Origin: Octopus sinensis
Taxonomy: Eukaryota
Length of the DNA stretch: 64,000 nt
Assembly: GCF_006345805.1 (NCBI RefSeq)
Contig: NC_043004.1
Span: 23,870,001-23,934,000 of the forward strand
Direction: 5' to 3'
Shown: positions 55,393 through 64,000 of the stretch, piece after piece
Layout of the letters: each line of letters opens with the position of its first letter
Numbering within the stretch: the first letter of the stretch is position 1
Position numbers and translations under genes: made by a program
The notes under the pieces: model-generated
What the model was told of the DNA's origin: nothing
Databases searched by the model: none
Seen by the model: the letters and a program-made list of their open reading frames with translations, nothing else

Positions 55393-56072
55393 AACTTATG
55401 TCAGCATCAATATGAACAAGAACTCTTAAATGGCTGCCCACACGGAGCCCATAGCGATAATGAATGTTTCTTTAAAATAATCCGTTATAAGCAGTGACGT
55501 CAAAAATGGTTGAATGTAGAAGATTCTAGAAAGTTCAAGAGTTCAAACAAGGTTTAAGGGAGAGATCTAAGAATAGGAAGGTGACAGGGTGCAAGTCATA
55601 TGAATGGTGATGTGTTGTTGTTTTGCTTTTACGGTTGAGTGCCTATGTGTGTGTATGTATATAACTGCATTCGTGTCTATGTGTGTGTATGTGTGTGCGT
55701 GATTGTGTGTGTGGTTGGGTAGATGCCAAAAACAAACAGTGGTGAAGTGACAGGTTTGTGTCTGTGTGTTTGATTGTGCTTACGATAGAGAGAGGGAGAG
55801 AGAGAGAGGAGGGCGAGGTAGAGAGACAAAGGTAAAACATACCTCAACGAATTTGGTAGTAGTCCTTTATGAGTATAAAATTTGTCTATGATGGTGTTGT
55901 ATAAATAGAACCAAATTATTAAATTCAAGGAGGTTATCTATATTAATCATCATTCATATGAGTGAAAGGTGTGTTTCTGCCAGTGTATGCACCTATAAGA
56001 TTTTTCAACCATTGTATTTACTAAAGGGAATTTGGCGAACAATACATGGAAAAGTATATATATATATATATA

Positions 56073-56250
56073 TACACATATATACGATGGGCTTCATTCA
56101 GTTTTCGTCTACCAAATCCACTCACAATGCTTTGGTCGACCCGAGGCTATAGTAAAAGACACTCGCCCATGGTACCACGCAGTGGGACTGAACCCGGAAC
56201 CATTTGGTTCGTAAGCAAGCTACTTATCACACAGCTACTCATACACCTAT
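56073..56250 (-). mobile_element. SINE family A, 5' half, well conserved
   Basis: Reverse reads ATAGGTGTATGAGTAGCTGTGTGATAAGTAGCTTGCTTACGAACCAAATGGTTCCGGGTTCAGTCCCACTGCGTGG. Confidence 0.88.
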
Positions 56251-56262
56251 AAAATGTGTGAC

Positions 56263-56371
56263 GCTTACACCACTTAGGTTTCCCAAGCGGTCACTCATCT
56301 AAGTACTATCTAGGATCTCGACGTTGCTTAACTTCGGTGATCGGACGAGAACCCGTGCTTTCAACGTGGTA
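56263..56371 (-). pseudogene. 5S rRNA copy lacking about 11 nt at the 5' end
   Basis: TACCACGTTGAAAGCACGGGTTCTCGTCCGATCACCGAAGTTAAGCAACGTCGAG...TAGTACTTAGATGAGTGACCGCTTGGGAA...GTGTAAGC is collinear with metazoan 5S rRNA; it is a single copy with no 5S array. Confidence 0.92.
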
Positions 56372-57142
56372 ATTCTTTTGTGTTTTGTGTACAGCTTAAC
56401 TGAAGTTATAACAGAATGTTATAACGAAGCTTCAACGTATTTTAATGTAATGTCAAGTTGTGAGGTTCATGCTTTTCCAAAATGTTCAACGATTGACCTA
56501 TAATTACTTGTGACTCAGTTATGCACCATATTACACTTCAGTTTCTATTTATCCAAAACATCGTTTCCAACTAATGTTAGTAATGTTTTACTTCAAAAAA
56601 TGTATTTCATATATTCTATCAACCGCTGATGCATATATTTTGGATTACATTATCTATCTTATTTGTATCATTTATTATTTTTTATTCGACGAGCGTCGTA
56701 ATGGAGACTTTCTAGAAATAGGTTTGCATGAAATATTCTTGGAACAATTTTAATCATTACTAAAATGCTGTCGTTTCTTTTTGTGATTCCGATGCTGTTC
56801 TGTAGGAATTAATATATTATGAACCACGTATACGACTCAACAACACATAATAGCAACAAGTATTATTGTGGTTGCATTGCTATCACTTTACGTGTATTTG
56901 CCTACAACTTCATTAAAATAAGAATATCCACGTGGCTGTGTATTCCTACGTAATATATTTTACATGAGATTTATTGGACATTCAGTCGCCTCTAAAATTA
57001 AATCTAGAATATATAAATATTTGTACTTAGTGAATGCATTAGAATCATTGCTTACATCTATTTACTCACTGATTTGATATATAAACTATATTATGAGATA
57101 TGTATTTATGTACGTATATATATATATATAATACATAAATGT

Positions 57143-57176
<34 letters not shown>

Positions 57177-57865
57177 AGGTAAGAAATATTGATAAATTCA
57201 GTATCACAAGTTTCTCAAACGAGAAAGCATATTAGAGTCGTCTGTTCATAAAGATATCTATATATAATGATATATAACCAGATAGAAAAAGATGTACACT
57301 TATGAACCAAAGAAGCAAAACCGAGATATAAGGATTCCATATGTGTGTGTGTGTGCGTGTGCGTGTGTGTGTATATGTGTGTGTGTGAGCGCGTGCTCGC
57401 ATCCAGATATTGCTTTAAGATATTCTGTTCAAAATATATTATTTTTAGCCCATTTGAGTATATTACAGACTAAATTATCACTATATCTTTATCAGCTATC
57501 TGTAACTATGAAGAAACTATAAAACCGCTTCGCAACTAATAAACGCGATACTGGCAGAATGTTTTTCTTGAAGAGATTGTCTTCATTATAACACAAATTA
57601 TTCTGTTTTATAGTGCCCTCTTTTTGAAGGTGTGCACCTCAAGCACACAACTCATGTAGATCAAATATTGCTGACTTGTTTATGTTTAAAATACTACATA
57701 CTAACTTCCAAATCACATACGATTATTTCTCAGCGTACTTCGTGGTACTCACCTATAATGGTATACGACAGCTGGCGTTAATGGAAAATTCATCCAACGT
57801 CTGGGATATAAATATATATGTGTGTGTGTGTATGTACGTGTGTGTGTGTATGTACGTCTGTGTGG

Positions 57866-57898
<33 letters not shown>

Positions 57899-58879
57899 AC
57901 TAAAAAAATGTATGATAGATTGCAGTCAATTCATTGTCTCTTACCTGTTTGTGTCTGCCTTCCAAATGCTGTTTTTACTGAGATCTCCCTTTTTAGTAGA
58001 AGAAATAGCTATAACCCTTTGACTGCTATTTCTAAATTCGGTATGTGGTAAGGCAACTCGTTGCTAAACCCTTATTGCTTAGTATATAATATATATATAT
58101 ATTATATATATATATATATATATATTATTATATATATATACGCATATATATACATATATATGTACGTATAATATATGTATATATATTATATATATATATA
58201 TACATATATACATGTTTATAATATATAATATATATACACACACATATATATATGTATATACATATATACATGTTATATATATATACATACATATATATAT
58301 ATATATATTTATATACATATATACATATTTATATATATATACCTACAATATACATGTTTATATATTAATATATATATTATATATATAATATATATATATA
58401 TAATATTATAGATATATATGTAAGTATATATGTATATATTTACAGACACTACGTGCACACACACATACACATATCAATCAATTTATGTTGCAAGATTCCT
58501 GATATGAAATCTTGTGTTGAAACAGATATTGTAGTATTTCGGAATTGTCATTTTGTGTGTGTGTGGTGTGTGTGTGTGTGAAATATACGCACACATTATA
58601 TATTTGTTATTCACTCCTTTATTGTCCGGAAATCTTTCGTGACACATCTGTGACCTCTTCAGCGATACTTTTCGAAATAAGTGAAAGAGATTTTGAAGAA
58701 AACCAGCCACCTCTTGACGAGTCACCCGATGAAATACATGAACAACTATGATGCAGAACAACTGTTTGTACAGTATCTCACCCTCGAAGCATCGGTACTG
58801 GACCGGTACGATCGTAGTGATAAGATTCTCGTGAATTCCATGTTCTTTCTCTCATATTTTACACATTCATATAAACACG

Positions 58880-58926
<47 letters not shown>

Positions 58927-58959
58927 ACATATTTTTTTCTTTTCTACTCTAAGCGCAAG

Positions 58960-59335
58960 TCCCGCGAACTATGGGAGAGGGGGCCAGTCGATTAGATCAA
59001 CTCCAGTACGCATCTGGTACTTAATTTATCGACCCCGAAAGGATGAAAGGCATAGGCAACATCGTCGGAATTTGAACTTACAACGTAAGACAATATACCT
59101 ATTTCTTTACTACCTGGAAGGGTCTAAACACAGAGGGGACAAATAAGGACGGACAAACGGATTAAGTCGATTATATCGACCTCAGTGCGTAACTGGTACT
59201 TATTTAATCGACCCCGAACGGATGAAAGGCAAAGTCGACCTCGGCGGAATTTAAACTCAGAACGTAACGGCAGACGAAATACCGTTAAGCATTTCACCCG
59301 TCATGTTAACGTTTCTGCCAGTTCACCGCCTTATT
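58960..59335 (-). mobile_element. Two head-to-tail SINE family B copies (59097-59335 near full length; 58960-59096 partial)
   Basis: GGTACTTA(A)TTTA(A)TCGACCCCGAA(A/C)GGATGAAAGGC occurs twice. The full copy has the long tail ...TTTGTCCCCTCTGTGTTTAGACCC...TAGTAAAGAAATAGG. Confidence 0.88.
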
Positions 59336-59590
59336 CACCGGACATATTGGGATCAACATGGAAGCTGTTCATGCTGATCTTTCGGAAAAAAGCATTACAG
59401 CACGAAAAACTGCGCAGATCTCTCGCGCCGATTTAAAATTAATACTTGCCACCATCGGTTGTAACAGGTTAAATTGCGTGATTGTGTTTGTGTGTGTGTG
59501 TGTGTGACTGTGTGTGTATGTGCGAGTGTGATTGTGCTTGTGCAAGTGCATCTATCTAGCTATTTATCAAATTATGGATATGTGTGTATG

Positions 59591-59629
<39 letters not shown>

Positions 59630-59641
59630 TATATATGTATA

Positions 59642-59680
<39 letters not shown>

Positions 59681-59877
59681 ATATATATATATATGTATGT
59701 GTGTGTGTGTGTGTGTGTGCGTGTGTGTATTTATGTATGTATAAATAAATACATGCATACATAACTCAAATAGAGAAGCAGATAATACACGGGACAATAA
59801 GGTGGATAGATATGGAGTGTTTCGATATATGTATTTGAGTGACGGCTGTATAGGGTTATTATATCTATATCTATACA

Positions 59878-59978
<101 letters not shown>

Positions 59979-59984
59979 AGATAG

Positions 59985-60145
59985 AAGTTGTTGACTGGTT
60001 TAAAACCATCAGGAATATGAATAAAGCGAGATTTACGTAATTCGATATTGTCGATTTCTATGCCTCTATCTCTAAGCTCCTGCTAGAGAAAGTCCTCAGC
60101 TTCACAATCGAATTTATACAAATTAGTACACAGATAGCATTTTTT
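59985..60145 (+). mobile_element. Penelope-like RT fragment
   Basis: DWFKTIRNMNKARFT*FDIVDFYASISKLLLEKVLSF matches the PLE RT motif WF..I.NK...F..FDIV(D/E)FYPSIS..LL..AL.F. Confidence 0.75.
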
Positions 60146-60150
60146 GATTG

Positions 60151-60219
60151 CCTTGATAACTGACGAGATGCCGGAGCAGATTTCCGCCCCGACATCCGAA
60201 ACTTGGAGTTTTGTTATGG
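60151..60219 (+). ncRNA. Type I hammerhead ribozyme motif, near intact
   Basis: CCTTGATAA CTGACGA GATGCCGGAGC...GCCCCGACATC C GAAA CT TGG AGT T^TTGTTATGG. Stem I pairs at 8 of 9 positions, stem II at 9 of 11, and stem III has 3 bp; there is one extra C before GAAA. Confidence 0.62.
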
Positions 60220-60978
60220 GAACCGAATAATTGTCACGTATTGCATTGCAGATAAATTCCTCTATTTACATAATATCGAGGTCTCACCCATTCTTTTGTC
60301 GTCATACCATTACTATTCTTCTCCGCTTCCCTTCACTGTTACCTCTCTCTTACTCCTCCTCCTCCTCCTCCTCGAATCTCTCGTCACTGACACGTAACCA
60401 GAGGGAAGCAATCTTTCCAATTGCCATCTCCACCAAGACAAGACCGCTTATTCTGTCTCTCTCATAATAAGCTGTTTCCTCAAGCGTTCAAAATAATTTT
60501 TCCATCGTCTTCGCTTAACAACCCTCATCGTCTGTTTTTACTGTGTTATTCTCTTTGTTCTGTCTTTTATTCTTTTTGCTTTTATTGTTTTTACTGTCTT
60601 GTTTTGTTCTTACTGTCCTGTTCTTTTTACCACTTTTACCCCTCCGCAAAAAATCCAAAATTCTATTTAATTTGCATTGCGGGAAGGACTGGTTCAACGA
60701 AGTCGCGTCTTGTCATTACCTTTGAAACGCGAAGTAGACGAAACAGGGATAACTGAAGAAGGGGAATATTCCTTGCGTTGTATGTCTTGTACTCTGTTTT
60801 TTCGTTGTTTGAAAAATAGTTCGTTTCCATGTATTTGTTTTTATGTTTACATTTCTCATTGTGCTCTACGTTTTTTTGATGTCCTGTACCCATATATGCA
60901 TCTATATATACATATAGATATAGGTATGTACATATATGTATGTATTATGCATATTTAATATTATTTATATTATATATA

Positions 60979-61020
<42 letters not shown>

Positions 61021-61312
61021 ACAGGGGTACTGACCTTAATTGACGTTAATAAAATTACTGAGCGTTGTTAAATTACTGTGTGAGATTTTAAAATTAGAAT
61101 TTATCGTACAATATCTAGAGATTTTCGAGTTAATTAGAAATAAAAGTTTCCTGCATGCCAGTGTGCACGTACACACAATCACACACACACGCACTCCTAC
61201 GTATATAAACGCAAAAATAGTCATATATTAAAAGATTTATGTATATTGTATGTGTATACATATAGTTTACATGCATGCTCTTCATTGTCGTTTCTCTTCA
61301 TATTCATTCAGA

Positions 61313-61385
<73 letters not shown>

Positions 61386-61885
61386 ATGTAGGTATGTATA
61401 TATATATATGTATATGTATGTATGTACATAGATATATAAATTTAAGCCACAGTATATGGATTCAAGTAATCCGGTGGTACTCATAAAAATGCTCATTAAT
61501 GTATCATTCTATAAAGCACATAAAATATATATATTACAATACAAAATTAAAACAAAACTATAGTGTATGCAAATATAAATAAATATATATATATATATTT
61601 ACTATCGCAAAATTTATTGTGCCATTCGATATTTGTATTTAACAGCAACTGTTTCTCAGCTTAAAGTACATGTGGCTGTTGATGTGAGGTTAGAAGTTGG
61701 CTTCTCAGCCACTCGATTGCTGGTTCTGTCCCATTGAAAGAAGCTTGTCGTATCTATGTGTGTGAGAGCGTGTTTGTGTGGAGGGGTGTACCCTTGCAGC
61801 ACGTGTGTGTAGGTGAGTGTTCTCTTGCGTGTGTGGTTTGTGACTGTGCTTGTCCTGCATAATCTGATATATATATATATATATA

Positions 61886-62020
61886 CTGTTGTGTCTGGGG
61901 AGAGTCATGCCCTTTTAGTGCGTTAACAGTTTTGCAACCTTTTTAATAGTTTTGACTCAAACCTGTGAATGTGTTAAGTTATAAGACACTAAAAGAGAAT
62001 GACTTCACCAGACACAACAG
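61886..62020. mobile_element. 135-bp MITE / foldback element with about 35-bp TIRs
   Basis: CTGTTGTGTCTGGGGAGAGTCATGCCCTTTTAGTG ... CACTAAAAGAGAATGACTTCACCAGACACAACAG, with TA on both sides. Confidence 0.8.
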
Positions 62021-62962
62021 TATATGCTTCAACACATACACGCACACATATGCACACACATACACGCACACACACAGACACACACACACAGACACACACA
62101 CATTCAGTTAAGTTTATTATTTTTTGATTTTTTTGATAATATATATTTTAGTTCAAAGATCTAGTAAGTACTTTGTTAAATTGGGTGTGGAGAATATATT
62201 TAAAGAAATGTTCTCGTTGACTTTTTGGGAGAACCTTCTCGGATTCATTGTCAAACAGATCTAAGGATTTGGGGATTTGTGGTTCTATATATATAGGATT
62301 TGGGTGTGTTTGGAGTGTGGTTGGTGTTTATTAATCAGTGTGGGAGTGAAAAACTTGATGAATGGTAGATGAAAGAGAGTAATGAAAGATCAACAAAAGA
62401 TAATTGATTGGGGGTGGAGTTGGAAGGTGGTGGGGTGTTAAAGGAGTGTTTTGGGAAGCCATTTGAATAACTAGATGTTTTCCCAAATTCTATATTTTAG
62501 TAATTTCCTATGTTTTAGGTGTGCATCTGGGATGTGTTTCATAATATATACATACACATTTGCATGTGTATGTGTGTGTGTGTCTACGTGTATAGGCACA
62601 TTAATAAACATAGCTAAAAGAAAAACCGGAAAGTGGCCACTCGTAGGTATAGGGCCATCGCAGAAACGTACATGTCTATGAATTTCCACGCAACATACAT
62701 TCTTGATTTATTAAAAATATCTTCGCCAGTGAAGGATGTAACATAATTACCAAGTAGGAGTTGAGATCAGCTGCATATAAGATAGAGAGATAATCAATCT
62801 CAAGAGTTAAGAATTCACCATATTTGATATGTCATTAAGAAAATGAAAAGATTTATAGCCTGGAGATAAAATGGTAACTGTGGAACCTTGTTTCTGCTTC
62901 AATAGCTTTCACCAGCATGACAATTATATATACATATATATATATGTATGTCATCTATCTAC

Positions 62963-63607
<645 letters not shown>

Positions 63608-63730
63608 CATATCTATCTATTGTAATTCTAATTTTTGGTTTTTTTTTTCATATTTTGTATAACTTGAGATTTCTTGGGCTTTTCGACCTCCATGCAGTTA
63701 AAACTCATATACATGTGTGGGTGTGTGTGT

Positions 63731-63830
63731 NNNNNNNNNNNNNNNNNNNNNNNNNNNNNNNNNNNNNNNNNNNNNNNNNNNNNNNNNNNNNNNNNNNNNN
63801 NNNNNNNNNNNNNNNNNNNNNNNNNNNNNN
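63731..63830. other. Assembly gap of 100 N, flanked by microsatellites
   Basis: Read directly from the sequence. Confidence 1.
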
Positions 63831-64000
63831 ATATTATATATAAGTATATATATTCATGCATGTAGATATATATTATTATATTATATATATATATATATAT
63901 ATGTGCGTGTGTGTGTGTATAGTGCAAAACAAAAAGGAGAATGTTTACTAAGAATATTCAATAGATTTATCATAATAATAGACAATTGGTGTTTCCTACG

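Noticed and set aside
57753-57800. 48-nt exon candidate on the minus strand with a strong AG|GTGAGTA donor
   Set aside because: The only open frame (RWMNFPLTPAVVYHY) does not resemble the NPR segment expected before the known exon, and the acceptor context is microsatellite.

Overview
AT-rich, repeat-dense eukaryotic DNA. The SINE families and the TA/CA/TACA/TCTA microsatellite load point to an octopus genome (inference from repeat recognition, not a database hit). I can support only one host exon: a 190-bp minus-strand exon (20563-20752) encoding part of the extracellular ligand-binding (ANF receptor) domain of a natriuretic-peptide receptor / receptor guanylyl cyclase, so most of the window is probably very long intron. 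The rest is transposon debris: two tRNA-derived SINE families, CR1/L2-group, RTE, Tx1-like and RLE-type LINE fragments, Penelope-like elements, a Helitron 3' fragment, two mariner fragments, a decayed hAT transposase and two TIR MITEs. Almost all ORFs in the supplied track are microsatellite artefacts. The most interesting signals are RNA-level: (1) several type I hammerhead ribozyme folds, one with a fully canonical core (55298-55392, minus); (2) a tRNA-Lys(TTT) copy with an A58T change fused to a 5'-truncated LINE; (3) a SINE whose 3' tail matches the tail of a Tx1-like LINE in the same window; (4) a TIR element carrying a TTAGGG array; (5) a 5S rRNA copy 12 nt upstream of a SINE. There is no CRISPR or other prokaryotic system. 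A 100-N assembly gap lies at 63731-63830. All alignments and folds were done by eye.
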